A program made the position numbers and the translations under genes. A stretch of DNA of 64,000 nt, from assembly GCA_963708255.1 (NCBI GenBank), contig CAVPSE010000002.1, positions 1,534,799-1,598,798 of the forward strand. The letters are read 5' to 3'. Positions within the stretch are counted from its first letter, which is position 1, and each line of letters opens with the position of its first letter. Shown here one piece after another: positions 48,600 through 59,200 of the stretch. The notes beneath the pieces are model-generated. The model was not told the DNA's origin, ran no database searches, and was given only the letters and a program-made list of their open reading frames with translations. The stretch is from an uncultured Thermoplasmata archaeon (GTDB lineage: Archaea; Thermoplasmatota; Thermoplasmata; Lutacidiplasmatales; UBA184).

Positions 48600-49290
48600 G
48601 TGGACCCCCGGCGCGCGGCGCGCGCGCTCGCCATCGGCGCAGCGACCGCGGCCCCCCTGATCCTCGCGGGCACGGCGGCCGCTTCCTCCGACCAGACGAA
48701 CCTGCAGCAGACCGCCCCGCTCGTCTGGGTCCTGGTGGCCATCGGAGTGGGCGGGGCGTTCATCACCTTCGCGATCCTCGCCTACGCGCTGTGGCGGTTC
48801 CGGGACCCGGCAACCCGGGGGCGGCGGTATGGCTAACAAGCTCGAGTGGGCGTGGACCCTCGCCACCGTGGCCCTGATCTCCGGGGTGGCGGTCTACTCC
48901 ACGGTCCTCCTGGTCCAGCTCGACCAGCTCCCCGCGCACCCGAGCGAATATGTCGACGTGATCGCCCACCAGTGGTTCTGGGAGTTCTGCTACCCCGCGA
49001 ACGGGACCTGCTTCAATTCCTCCTACGACCCAGCGACGAACAGTGCGACCGGCGGGGCGCTCTGGGCGGCTCCAGGGACCACGATCCAGATCAATGTCAC
49101 CTCCGTGGATGTGGCGCACTCGTTCAACATCCCGAATCTCGGGGTGCGGATCGACGCGCTCCCCGGACGCACCAACAACTTCGGATTCAACATCCCCCAG
49201 GCGCCCGCCGGTACGCAGTACCTGATCCAGTGCACGGAGTTCTGCGGCACCGACCATGGGATCATGCGGGCGTTCCTCGTCGTGACCTGA
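48600..49290 (+). CDS. coxB: Heme-copper oxidase subunit II (CuA), frame interrupted
   Basis: The CuA site VAHSFNIP...CTEFCGTDHGIM is in ORF 48829..49290. The N-terminal TM helices are in ORF 48600..48836. The break is in the G5 run at 48817-48821. Confidence 0.9.
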
Positions 49291-49366
49291 CCGGGGTAGG
49301 GAGTTATCCGACCGGGCGGCATGTTGCCTCCCAGTGGCTCGCGGGTGCGAGCCCTGGGCCACCAAG

Positions 49367-49642
49367 ATGCGGCGGTTCACCCTCGCGGTCGGTGTCGTGC
49401 TCCTCGCCCTCGGCATGGTCGTGACCGGGGCCGGCTGGATCGGCTACGAGCGGTGCGTATCCTCTCCACCATGCGGCGGCCCGGGGCCGGTCCACTGCGC
49501 CCTTGCGGTCGCGTGCTCCCCGGCGGCCGTCGGTACTCGGCGTGGCGCTCGGGCTCGTCGGTCTGTTCCTCGCCATCGTGGGGGCCAGCTACCCGAACCG
49601 CGACGAGATCACGGCCCAGGTGCTGGAGCGGTTCTCTCCCTG
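49367..49642 (+). CDS. Small 2-TM membrane protein downstream of coxB, frame interrupted
   Basis: MRRFTLAVGVVLLALGMVVTGAG... (ORF 49334 frame) continues as VLGVALGLVGLFLAIVGASYPNRDEITAQVLERFSP in another frame. TGA at 49640-49642. Confidence 0.4.
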
Positions 49643-49671
49643 AGCCTCGCGGCGGGAACGGATCCGCGCTC

Positions 49672-50740
49672 TCAGTGCCCGCCGGCGGGGGGGTGCCGCG
49701 GGAACCGCCCGGTAAAGGTGGCGGCCGCGGCCAGGAGGACGCCGATCCCGAGGAGGACGCCGGCCCCGGCCAACAGCGCCGGCTGGACGATCTCGGTGCT
49801 CGGACCGACCGCCACCACCGGCACCGGCTCGCCGACGTACAGCCACCCGAACATCCCGTTGACGAAGTGGCCGGAGACCTCGCAGATGTACCTGGTAGGC
49901 GCCGGGGGAGGCGATGGTGAAGTTCGCCCACGCGCTGGCCCCGGATCCGCCGGGCACCACCACGTTGACCGCCGGGGGGTGGCTGGAGAAGTAGCTGTTG
50001 AAGGAGCCCGGGTCGAGGGTCACGTTCGACTGGGCCGCGAGGGTGAAGGTGTGCGCGTCGCCGCCGTCGTTGACGATGAGGACGTCGATCGCGGCGGGGA
50101 AGCTCGTGATCGACGAGGCGTTCAGAACGTCGGGAACGTACGCGAGGGTGTCGAGGGTCGTCTCGTTGAGATCGACCGCGGGACCGGCCCTGCCACTGGT
50201 GACGTTGAAGAAGCCGAACATCCCGGCCTGGAACTGGTACGGGACCTGGGAGACGAACTCGAAGCTGTCGCCGGCATCGGAACCGGGGACCGTGTAGTTG
50301 AGCAGACGGGTCGAGTTGGCGGGGAGGCTCACGTTCACGAGCGTGCCGTTCGACGTCAGGAACGCGTTGAGGGCCGAGGGGGTCGTGTTCTGGGCGAGGA
50401 GCTTGCCCGGCGCCGCGGAGATCGTGAACGAGTGGTTGAACGATCCCGTGTTGTTGAGAACGAAGTGCACGTCCTGGCCGGCGACCGCCACGAGGTTCCG
50501 GGGATCGAACGACGGGGCGTCGGTGAGGTTCACCGTGAGGTTCTCGGTTCCGGTCCTCCCACCGCCCGGTCCCCCCGTCGAGCCGAGGGTCTGGGCACCG
50601 GCGGAGGCGGGACCCGCGGACGGGAGCCTCGCCCCCCACATGGAGGACATCATCAGAAGGCCGAGCCCCGCGAGAAGGAACAGATGGGAAGCGCGGCGGA
50701 CCCGGGAACGGCGCGTAGGTGGTTGGGCCACGCTCGGCAT
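49672..50740 (-). CDS. Two-domain cupredoxin protein with a Tat-type signal and C-terminal TM anchor, frame interrupted
   Basis: Signal TRRSRVRRASHLFLLAG. Domain 2 has the ligands AHTFTL...YICEVSGHFVNGMFG (joining ORFs 49589..50740 and 49672..49854, break near 49880). Domain 1 has SQVPYQFQAGMFG without Cys. Confidence 0.75.
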
Positions 50741-50777
50741 CCCCGACGGCCGCGAGACCTAGGCCGGTTTGATATCC

Positions 50778-51646
50778 CTATTGTACGAATCCCGGCCCGG
50801 GCGACGCGGGTGGGATGGCCGGTAGGGGCCGGACCCTTCGCACGAACCGCTCCTCCAGGCTTCGGACGCTTCCGTCCACCGCCAGCACCGCGAACGCCAG
50901 GGCGGCCGAATAGATCGGCAGCGCCACCTGGCTCTCGAGCCAGAGGCTGGGGGGACCGGGGCGGTCCCGGTCTCCACCAGCTGGACGCCGATCGAAACGA
51001 ACGCGGCGGTGATCCCCGTGACCGTCGCGATCACGATCCGAGGGTCCCGGGGTCTCGGGGAACCCATCCCGTACCGCATCGCGGCCGTCACGGTCGCGTC
51101 ATCGGGGGGAGCCACGGCGGTATTGTAGGCGTCCCGGCCTTCGGCCGCGTCCGCCCACCTCCCCATCGGGATCAGCCGCCGGAGGGCGAGGGCGAGGTAC
51201 AGCGGGAGCAGGGTGAACAGGACCGATGCGAGGACGATCAGGAGCTGCAGCCGGCCGGGGTCGGGCACGCCGGAGCCGGCGCCCCCCGCGTGGGCACCGG
51301 CGAAGACGTCGATACACCCCTGATAGATCGCGACGGTGGAGAACACCCAGAGGAGGAACACCGCGCCGTTGACGAGCGCGCTGGAGTACGGCAGGAGATG
51401 GGGGACGACCGACCGCATCGAACGGAGGGACACCGCGGGGGATGGCAGCAGCGCCGCGGCCGTCGCGACCCCTCCCGCGAGCAGTAGGGCCGGAGCGACG
51501 TCGTTCCACAGGCCCCCGCTCCCGAGGAGGGCCGTGGGACCCACCCCCGCCATCAGGATGGCGTCGAGGAGGGCGCCGGCGCCCGCTGCGAGGAGCACCG
51601 GCCGGACCCCGGCGGCTGCGCCCTCCGCCCCGCCGGCGACGGCCAC
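50778..51646 (-). CDS. Hypothetical polytopic membrane protein, frame interrupted
   Basis: Hydrophobic segment of ORF 50759..52759 from GTG 51644-51646. The C-terminus LWLESQVALPIYSAALAFAVLAV... is in another frame (break near 50945). TAG at 50778-50780. Confidence 0.45.
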
Positions 51647-51660
51647 GGTCCCCTCCGACC

Positions 51661-52510
51661 CTAGGGGTCCCGGTCCGGCGGGAGGGCGGGGGTCTCTCCG
51701 GTGTCGAACCGACGAAGCAGCTGGGTGGTCACCTCGATCAGAGGGTGGTGGGCGGCGCGGTCGATCTGGATGTCGCTGAGCCGGTGGAGGTGGTGTTCGC
51801 GCGCCAGCCGCTCGAACCCGGTCTCCGTCTGCGGCGAACTCGTGGGGCTTGTCGCAGGTGAGGATGAACGCCTGGAGCTGCTGGAGCCCCATCCCCTGGG
51901 CGGCCAGCGCGCGGTGGTGACCGTCCACGAGGATCCACTGGTCCCCCTTCTGGACGACGAGGACCGGCTCCGCGAACCCCCGCTCGAGCTCGTAGCGTCG
52001 GCCTTCGAGCTCGTCCTCGAAGACCTTCCACTGGGTGGGGCAGAGCGTCGCGATGGGCACCAGGCCCCGGCGGGAGGAGAACGGGAGCTGGTAGCGCTCG
52101 CTGAGAAGGTGCTTCAGGGTCTCTGCCTTGGCGGGCGAGGCCCGTTCGAAGTGCGACCGGACGATGTCGAGGTTGGAGACGACCCCGCAGAGGCGGCCCT
52201 CCGCGTCGGTGATCGGGAGGTCGCGGAGCCCGTAGCGGAACATGATCCGGGCCACGTCGTCGAGGGCCATTTCCGGGGTCGCCGTGTAGGTCCCCGGCCG
52301 GATGATCTCCGAGAGCGGGAGGCCCCGGTCGTCCGCGTGGCGGAGGAGCTCCTTCGAGCTCACGAACCCGACGAGCTTCATCTCCCCGTCAGTGACCGGG
52401 AAGCCGTGGTGGCGGCTCCGGCTCAGACGGTCGATCGCTTCTCCGACGGTGGTGGACCGGTTGAAATGCTCGACCTCGAGGACCATGTAGTCCCGGACCT
52501 GGACCGTCAT
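51661..52510 (-). CDS. CBS-pair plus ParB/Srx-like domain protein, frame interrupted
   Basis: MTVQVRDYMV... carries two CBS motifs, followed by PVLVVQKGDQWILVDGHHRALAA (ParB-type DGHHR box). The C-terminus ETGFERLAREHHLHRL... is in another frame (break near 51825). TAG at 51661-51663. Confidence 0.7.
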
Positions 52511-53099
52511 CGCGGGTTCGGAGGGGCGGGGACCTCGTCCCGAAGGTAGGAAGTGAGGAGGTGGCAGATCAGGAGGTGGACGTCCTCGATGTGCTGCATG
52601 CTGTTCGACGGCACCACGACCGGGATGTCCACGGCGCCCTTGAGGCGGCCACCGCCCATCCCGGTGAGGCCGATGGTCCGTGAGCCCGAGGCCCTTGGCC
52701 GCCTCCACCGCCCTCAGGACGTTCGGGGAGTTGCCGGAGCCGCTGATCCCGACCGCCACGTCGCCCGGGTGGGCGAGGGTGACGAGCTGCTCGGAGAAGA
52801 CGCGTGCGGTACTCGGTGTCGTTGGCCCAGGCGGTGACGCTCTCGACGTTGTCCACCAGGGCCACGCAGCGGAACCGCTTCCCCTCGCCGCGGATCGTCG
52901 CCTTGCCGATGTCCACGACGAAGTGGGACGCCGTGGAGGCGCTCCCCCCGTTGCCGAAGAAGTAGATCGTCCGGTCCTGCTCCCGGGCCTTCAGGAGGAC
53001 GGGGACGACCCGACCGATCCCCTCGGCGAGGTATGGGTCCGAGAGCGCGGCGTGCGTCTCCTCGACGTACCGGCGGACGTAGCCTACGATCTCGGTCAC
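52507..53099 (-). CDS. gmhA: Phosphoheptose (sedoheptulose-7-phosphate) isomerase, frame interrupted twice
   Basis: SIS motifs FFGNGGSASTASHF, ISGSGNSPNV and GLTGMGGGRL...VPSNSMQHIEDVHLLICH lie in three frames (breaks near 52790 and 52680). The stop overlaps the next ATG (ATGA 52507-52510). Confidence 0.8.
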
Positions 53100-53106
53100 T
53101 GTTCCT

Positions 53107-54084
53107 TCATCGCCGCACCACCAGGAGGTGCGAACCCTCGGGCGCGATGCGCACCGGGAGGCGCCGCATCGGTGCTAGGGCGTGCGCTATTTCATCCCTT
53201 CTGTCGGGCGGGTGGACCACCGTCAGGAAACCGCCCCCGCCGGCGCCCGTGATCTTGCCCCCCCAGGCCCCGGCCGCCTTCGCCCGTTCGTAGGCGCCAT
53301 CGATCTCCGCGTTGGAGATCCCCGCGGTCAGGGAACGCTTGATCTGCCATCCCTCGTCCAAGAGCCCGCCCACCCGGGCCCAGTCCTGCGCGACGAGCGC
53401 GTCCCGGGTCCGAGTCGCGAGCTCCCGCATCCGTTCGAGCCCGGCGCGGTTCTCCTGGGTCCGGGCGTCCTGGTTCTTCAGGATCCCCTGGGCCTGCCGG
53501 GTGGTCCCGGTGTAGAACAGCGACACCCGGTCCGCCAGGGCCTCCCGGGCCCCGGCAGAGAGGGGGATCGGGGTCACCTTCACGGAGTCGTCCGGCCGGA
53601 ACTCGAAGTAGTGGACCCCCCCGTACGCCGCGATGTACTGGTCCTGCTTTCCCAGGGTCCCCTGGAGGACCTCGATCTCGATCTGGCACGCCTGCTCGGC
53701 GAGCTCGGCCGGCTCCTTCAGCTCGCCCCGGTACGCGTACAGGGCGTTGAGCAACCCTACGGTCAGCGTTGAGGAGGAGCCGAGGCCGGTCCCTTCGGAC
53801 GGGATGTCGGCGATGGTGTGGATCTCGAGCTTCTCCGTGACCCCGGCGAGGCGCATCGCTTCCCGGACGAGGCCGTGCTGGAGCTGGTCGAGGTTCTCGA
53901 CGTTCTCGGTGTGCGAGTACGCGACCCGGATCGAGCGGTCGAACTTCTCGTTCACGAGGACGTGGATGTACTTGTCGATGGCCGCGCTCGCCACCGCGCC
54001 CCCGCCGTGGGCCCGGTAGAACGTCGGCAGATCGGTCCCACCGCCGGCGAAGCTGATCCTCAGCGGGGTCCGGGTGATGATCAC
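53107..54084 (-). CDS. hddA: GHMP-family sugar kinase, D-glycero-D-manno-heptose 7-phosphate kinase-like
   Basis: Intact 325 aa. RTPLRISFAGGGTD N-terminus, GHMP ATP motif PSEGTGLGSSS, and C-terminal GAGGGGF. Confidence 0.75.
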   Translation of the reverse strand: MIITRTPLRISFAGGGTDLPTFYRAHGGGAVASAAIDKYIHVLVNEKFDRSIRVAYSHTENVENLDQLQHGLVREAMRLAGVTEKLEIHTIADIPSEGTGLGSSSTLTVGLLNALYAYRGELKEPAELAEQACQIEIEVLQGTLGKQDQYIAAYGGVHYFEFRPDDSVKVTPIPLSAGAREALADRVSLFYTGTTRQAQGILKNQDARTQENRAGLERMRELATRTRDALVAQDWARVGGLLDEGWQIKRSLTAGISNAEIDGAYERAKAAGAWGGKITGAGGGGFLTVVHPPDRRDEIAHALAPMRRLPVRIAPEGSHLLVVRR

Positions 54085-54108
54085 GGGGGTCCGACCGGCC
54101 CGCGGACC

Positions 54109-56163
54109 TTAGGCCTTTGGGGGGCGGGCCGCGGCGTCCCGATGCGCCCGGGCGTGGGGACCGTAGAACGAGCGGGCGAGCGGCCCGAGCCCGCTCACCG
54201 GGGCGAGCCCCGGGAGGACGTCCGCGAACGCCACCGCGCGCCGGTCCACGATGATCGCGATCCCCCGGTCGTTCTCGGACCGGATCATCCGGCCCACCGA
54301 CTGGAGGATCTGTCGCTGGGCCGGGGCCTCGTGACAGTACTCCCACCCGTGGCCGTTCGTCTGGTCGATGAACCGCCGCAGCGCCTCTCGACGGGCCGTC
54401 GGTCGGGGATACGGGATCCCGACCACGACCACGGCCTCGAGCTCCTCGTCCGGGAAATCGACGCCCTCGGCGATGCGTCCCCCCGTCACCCCGAGCAGGA
54501 CACCGCCCCCGGGCTCCTTCTTGAACCCCTCGACGGCCCGCCAGAGGTCGCCGAGGGCGAGTCGCCGGCTCTCGACCACGGCCCCGGCCGGAAGGGCCGA
54601 CTGGAGACCCGCGGCGAGGACCTTCTCCATCAGGTCGAAGCTCGGGAAGAACACCGCGGTCTTCACGGGCAGTTCCTGGAGGATCTCGGCCAGCCGGTCG
54701 GCCAGCCGCGGGATCATCGTAGGATCGCTCCGGAGCTCCTCGAACCGCGTGGTCAGCTCGGGGTCGTAGAGGAACCGTCGGTTCTCCGGAGGGAAGCCGG
54801 GCGGCACCCGGAGCAGCCGGGCGCTGTCGCCGAGGCCGAGGGCGTCCCGGTACTCCTCCAGCGGGGCGAGCGTACCGGAGAGGTGCACCGACAGGTGAGC
54901 CGCCCGGACCGGCTCGGCCGGGCCGGTCGCGTCCAGGGCGTACGCCTCCACGGCGCACCGCGGCTGCCGGGTCACGATCTTGACGTAGGAGGGCGGCTCC
55001 AGCTGGGGCCAGGACAACAGGGTCAGCGCGACGGTATGGACCCAGGAGCGGGGAAGGCGCCGCTGGCGCCGCCGTTCCTCCCGGAGCGCCTCGCCCCACG
55101 TGGCCATGGCGCCGAGCCAGGTATCCAGGCGGTGCGACGTGCCCCCGATCTCCCCGAGCAGGGAGTCCTCCAGAGCGTTCGGCGGAAGGATCCCGTCCTC
55201 GGCCTCGCCGAGCCGGTTCGCCATCGTTTCGATGGACTGGTGGACGATCTCGAGGAACCGCGCCGCGCCGGGACCGTCGGGGAGCTGGAAATCCCCCCGC
55301 TCGGTGAGCTCGGCCCGGGCCCGCCGGACCGATTCGAGCGGGAGCGACACCGAGGCGAGGTCCCGGAGCTGGTCGGGGACGTTGTGGGCCTCGTCGACGA
55401 CCAGGTCCACCCGGTCGAGGGGGACACCCATCCATGCGAGCAGCGAGGCGCGGATGTGGGGGTGGAAGAAGAACGCGTACGGAGCGGTGACGATCCGGGC
55501 GCGCGCCGCGAGCTTCTTCGTGAGCTCGTACGGGCAGATGCTCTCCTCCCGGCAGTAGTCATTGAACTCCCGGGGGGTGGGGATCCGCTGGGAGAACCGG
55601 TCGCTGATCGCCTCCAGATCGGCCTGGAGGAGCTTCGCGTAGTACACGCACCCATCGAGATCGGTCAGATCGAGGCTCCCGTCGGCCGGGAGCTCGGTCG
55701 GCGGCGTCATCTGCGCCGTGGCATCGAACGCCCGCTGGGTCGCCCGCTTCCGGTCGGCGCACAGCTTCCCGTGCTCCTCGGCGGTGGCGCCCTTCACCTC
55801 GTTGACCCCCTCGAGCAGGAGGCATCGGCGCTGCCGGCCCTCGAGCCCGACAGCGAGGAGGGGGGTGGAGAGTCGGTGGGCGATCGCCCGGGCCTCGGAG
55901 AGGACCTGGACCTCCTGGGAATGGGTCCGCACGAGGTAGAGGATCCGGTGGTCCGCCTCGACCGCGTGCTCGAGGAGGGGCGCGAGCGTGGCCACGGTCT
56001 TGCCCGAGCCCGTGGGGGCATCGATGAGCAGAGGCCCGCCGGTCCGACTGACCTCGGCGATCGCCCGGACGATCGCTTCCTGACCCGGGCGCAGCCGGTA
56101 GGGGAACAGCGTCGTCGGGCCCGGGACGGTCGCTGCAGAGGGCGTAGGAATTCTCCGCCCGTT
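54109..56163 (-). CDS. xpd: XPD/Rad3-family Fe-S DNA helicase, start codon not identifiable
   Basis: Walker A APTGSGKT (just upstream of ORF 54109..55995, same frame), DEAH box VVDEAHN, four Fe-S cysteines (RRC, KLC, DGC, ICPYE), and helicase motifs V-VI (GRIAEGVDF, QSVGRMIR). The frame is open only up to the TAG at 56164-56166. Confidence 0.9.
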   Translation of the reverse strand, partial: NGRRIPTPSAATVPGPTTLFPYRLRPGQEAIVRAIAEVSRTGGPLLIDAPTGSGKTVATLAPLLEHAVEADHRILYLVRTHSQEVQVLSEARAIAHRLSTPLLAVGLEGRQRRCLLLEGVNEVKGATAEEHGKLCADRKRATQRAFDATAQMTPPTELPADGSLDLTDLDGCVYYAKLLQADLEAISDRFSQRIPTPREFNDYCREESICPYELTKKLAARARIVTAPYAFFFHPHIRASLLAWMGVPLDRVDLVVDEAHNVPDQLRDLASVSLPLESVRRARAELTERGDFQLPDGPGAARFLEIVHQSIETMANRLGEAEDGILPPNALEDSLLGEIGGTSHRLDTWLGAMATWGEALREERRRQRRLPRSWVHTVALTLLSWPQLEPPSYVKIVTRQPRCAVEAYALDATGPAEPVRAAHLSVHLSGTLAPLEEYRDALGLGDSARLLRVPPGFPPENRRFLYDPELTTRFEELRSDPTMIPRLADRLAEILQELPVKTAVFFPSFDLMEKVLAAGLQSALPAGAVVESRRLALGDLWRAVEGFKKEPGGGVLLGVTGGRIAEGVDFPDEELEAVVVVGIPYPRPTARREALRRFIDQTNGHGWEYCHEAPAQRQILQSVGRMIRSENDRGIAIIVDRRAVAFADVLPGLAPVSGLGPLARSFYGPHARAHRDAAARPPKA

Positions 56164-56219
56164 CTACCGGGCAGGGGGACTTGAAGGTGCCCGTCCACGG
56201 GAACGGTGCGGACGCGTCT

Positions 56220-59200
56220 CTACCCCTCGAGGTCGTCGAGGGTCCAGCGCGGGGGTTCGACCGGCGGGGGCGGTTGACGCCGTCGGATCAGGACCACCGA
56301 TAGCGCGATCGCCGCGGCGGCCGCCCCCACGACGGCGAGGTCGAGCCACGTGACGGCGGGCGGTCCCGTCGAGGAGATCGGGGAGGCCGAGAGCGCCACC
56401 TCCACGAGGCCGGTCGTCGGAACGTCGACCACCTGGGACGTGGACCCGTAGCCGGGGGCGCTGGCGTTGAGCACGTAGGTCCCGGGCGCGACCGAGAAGG
56501 AAAAGCCCCCGGTCACGGAGGCCGCGGACTGGAGAGCGGCGCCCAGGGTGGCCCCGGTCAGGGAGACGGACGCGCCCGGTAGCGGGAGGCCGCTACTCGC
56601 GTCCACTACCACGCCCGTCAGGCGGGCCGTGGCCTCCGCGAGCGAAACGTTGTGGACGACCGTGCCCCCCTCGACCTCGATCGGGAAGGTCAGAGGGGAG
56701 GACCAGACCCCCCCGGTGCTGGCCGCCTCGGCATCGAGCTCGTAGGAGCCGTTCGGGAGCGACAGCCGGTACAGGCCGGTCGAATCGGTCTGGGCCAGCA
56801 CCGTTCCATTGGAGGAGATGGTCACTCCGTCGAGGGTGGTCCCGGTGGACGCATCCCGGACCGTTCCGGTGACCAGGAACGTCCGGGTCAGCAGCTCGAC
56901 CTGGAAGCCGGTCAGGTTGGCGTGCACGATGACCGGCAACCTCACCCCCACGAAGCCGGTCGCCGACACCACCAGGGTGTAGGTGCCCCAGGGAACCGGG
57001 AGGGTGAACGAGCCGTTGCGGTCCGAGACCGCGGAACTGACCGAGGTCGGCCCGATCGCGAGGCTGACGAAGGCCCCGGCGACGGGGGCGTCGGAACGGT
57101 TCGCCGCGAGCACACTCCCGGAGATCGACTCCGGAATGTCGATGGCCAAGGGGGTGAGCGCCACGTCCCCGATCGCCGTGAACCCGCCCGCCGGGACCAC
57201 GACGCTCGTGTAGTTGCTGACGTACCCGGGCACCGAGACGGTCAGTAGAACGGGGCCGGGCGGGGCCCCCAAGGTGAACGTGCCGTCCGGGTTCCCCTGG
57301 ATGAACTGGGTACAGTCCGATGGGGCATCGGTGAGGCAGGCGATGATGGTGGAGTTGGCAAGGGGCACCCCGCTGAACGAGGAGACCGCCCGGCCAGTGA
57401 CGACCCCGTCGGCGACCAGCAGCAGGGCCCCCACGTCCAGCTGCTGGCCGGCCCCGAGGGAGATCGATCGGAACGTCTCATTGAAGCCAGGCGCCGTCGC
57501 GACCAGGACGTAGGTGCTCGGGGGGGCGGGGAAACTGAAGTTGCCGGCCGGGCCGGTGATCGTGGAGCTGTCGCAGGGGCCGTACGGGGTCCCGAACGTC
57601 GAGCAGAGACTGACGTTGGCCCCGACCACCGGCTGGCCCCCCGGGACACCCGAGCACGACACCGGAGATCGTCGCGAACGCGTACACATCCACGGTACCG
57701 ATGTTGTAGAACCCCTCCGTCGAGACGGTCACGGTGGGGGTGACGTTGGCGAGGTACTGCTGGGTCTGGACATTGACCTGGTCCAGCCCCCGGGTCGCGG
57801 GGACCCAGAAGTCCCCCGAGGCGTTGGTGTACCCGACGGCCTCGTCCACATAATCGCAGAACCCGCTCGAGTACGGGCAGACGTTGACCAACGTGTTGTA
57901 CAGTCCCGTCCCGTTCGGCTGGATGACGACCCGACCGGACACGATCCCGGCGCCGGTCGTGTTCACGTATCTGAGGGCGAGGTGGGAGATCCCGCCGGTG
58001 GAGAAGTTGAACGTGACCGGGTCGTACGCGCTCAGGGTCAGCGTGAGCGCGATGAACGGCGTCGCCGGGACCCAGACCAGGAACTGCCCCAGGTCGTTCG
58101 TCGACGTGGATCCCGCGATCGTGCCGTTGGCCGCGGCGACCACGATCTTGGCGTCCGGGAGAGGGGCGCCGGTCTTCGGGTCCACGGCCGTCGGGAGCGC
58201 GGGGGCGCCGACCGTGTTGACATACTCGGACTGGACGAAGAACCCCGTCGGCGGCGCCCCCTCGGTGAGGGCGACCCGGCCGAGGGAGCTGGCGAGGCCC
58301 GAGGTGATCGACACCGTGAACGATCGGGAGGCGTACCCGGCGGCGCTCACCGTCACGCTCACCGACGGCCCGGCCGGCGCGGTCGTGTTCACCTCGCCGG
58401 AACCATTGGTATAGTAGCCCAGGCTGAACGCCGAGCCATTCGCCGGATCCGCGACCGAGGCGCTCACCGACGCGAGGGGGACCGGGGTCAGAGTGGTGGC
58501 GTCGACCACGGTGGCATTGAGGTACCCGTCGTGGCTCATCGCCGCGGTCGCGACGGGGGCGATCCCCGGGGCCGGCGCCGAGGCGTTGGCCACGAAGGCG
58601 AGGCTCCGGTAGCCGATCGCCGTGGCACTGACGTTGAGGGACCCGTTGGTCGGCAACGGAGACGAAGAACGCGTAGTTGCCCGGACGGACCGGTGATGCC
58701 GAACGACCACTGGAACGGGCTGTACGTCACGCCCGGGCGGGTGGGCCAGGACGTCCACGAACCCCGGGGTCGTCGAGGCGCTGATGGAGCCCCCCGATCC
58801 CGTCCCGTCCACGACCTGGCCGGAGATCCCCGAGAACAACTCGGCCGACGTCGGCGGCACGCTGGTGAAGTTCGCCGAGGGGACCGAGACGCTGGTCAGG
58901 CCCGGCGAGAACCCACCCTGCCCCGATCCGAACGCATCGATCCCTTGCCCGGCCGTCTCGATGAACATGCCGCCCAGCGGGGCGGGGTAGGACGTGGTGT
59001 TGAAGTCGCCGGCGGTGTCGGTCATCGTTGGAACTCCGCAGGGTGTGGGCGCCGGGGGGCGGGCAGAACTGCACCTCTACTGAGGCCCCGAGCCCGTAGG
59101 AGGTCGATAGGGAGGCCCACGGGCCGATGAGGACCTGGCCGCTTACCCAGACCTCCGGGGCGACCCGGATGATCCCGAGGCCCTCCGTGGAGGCCGATGA

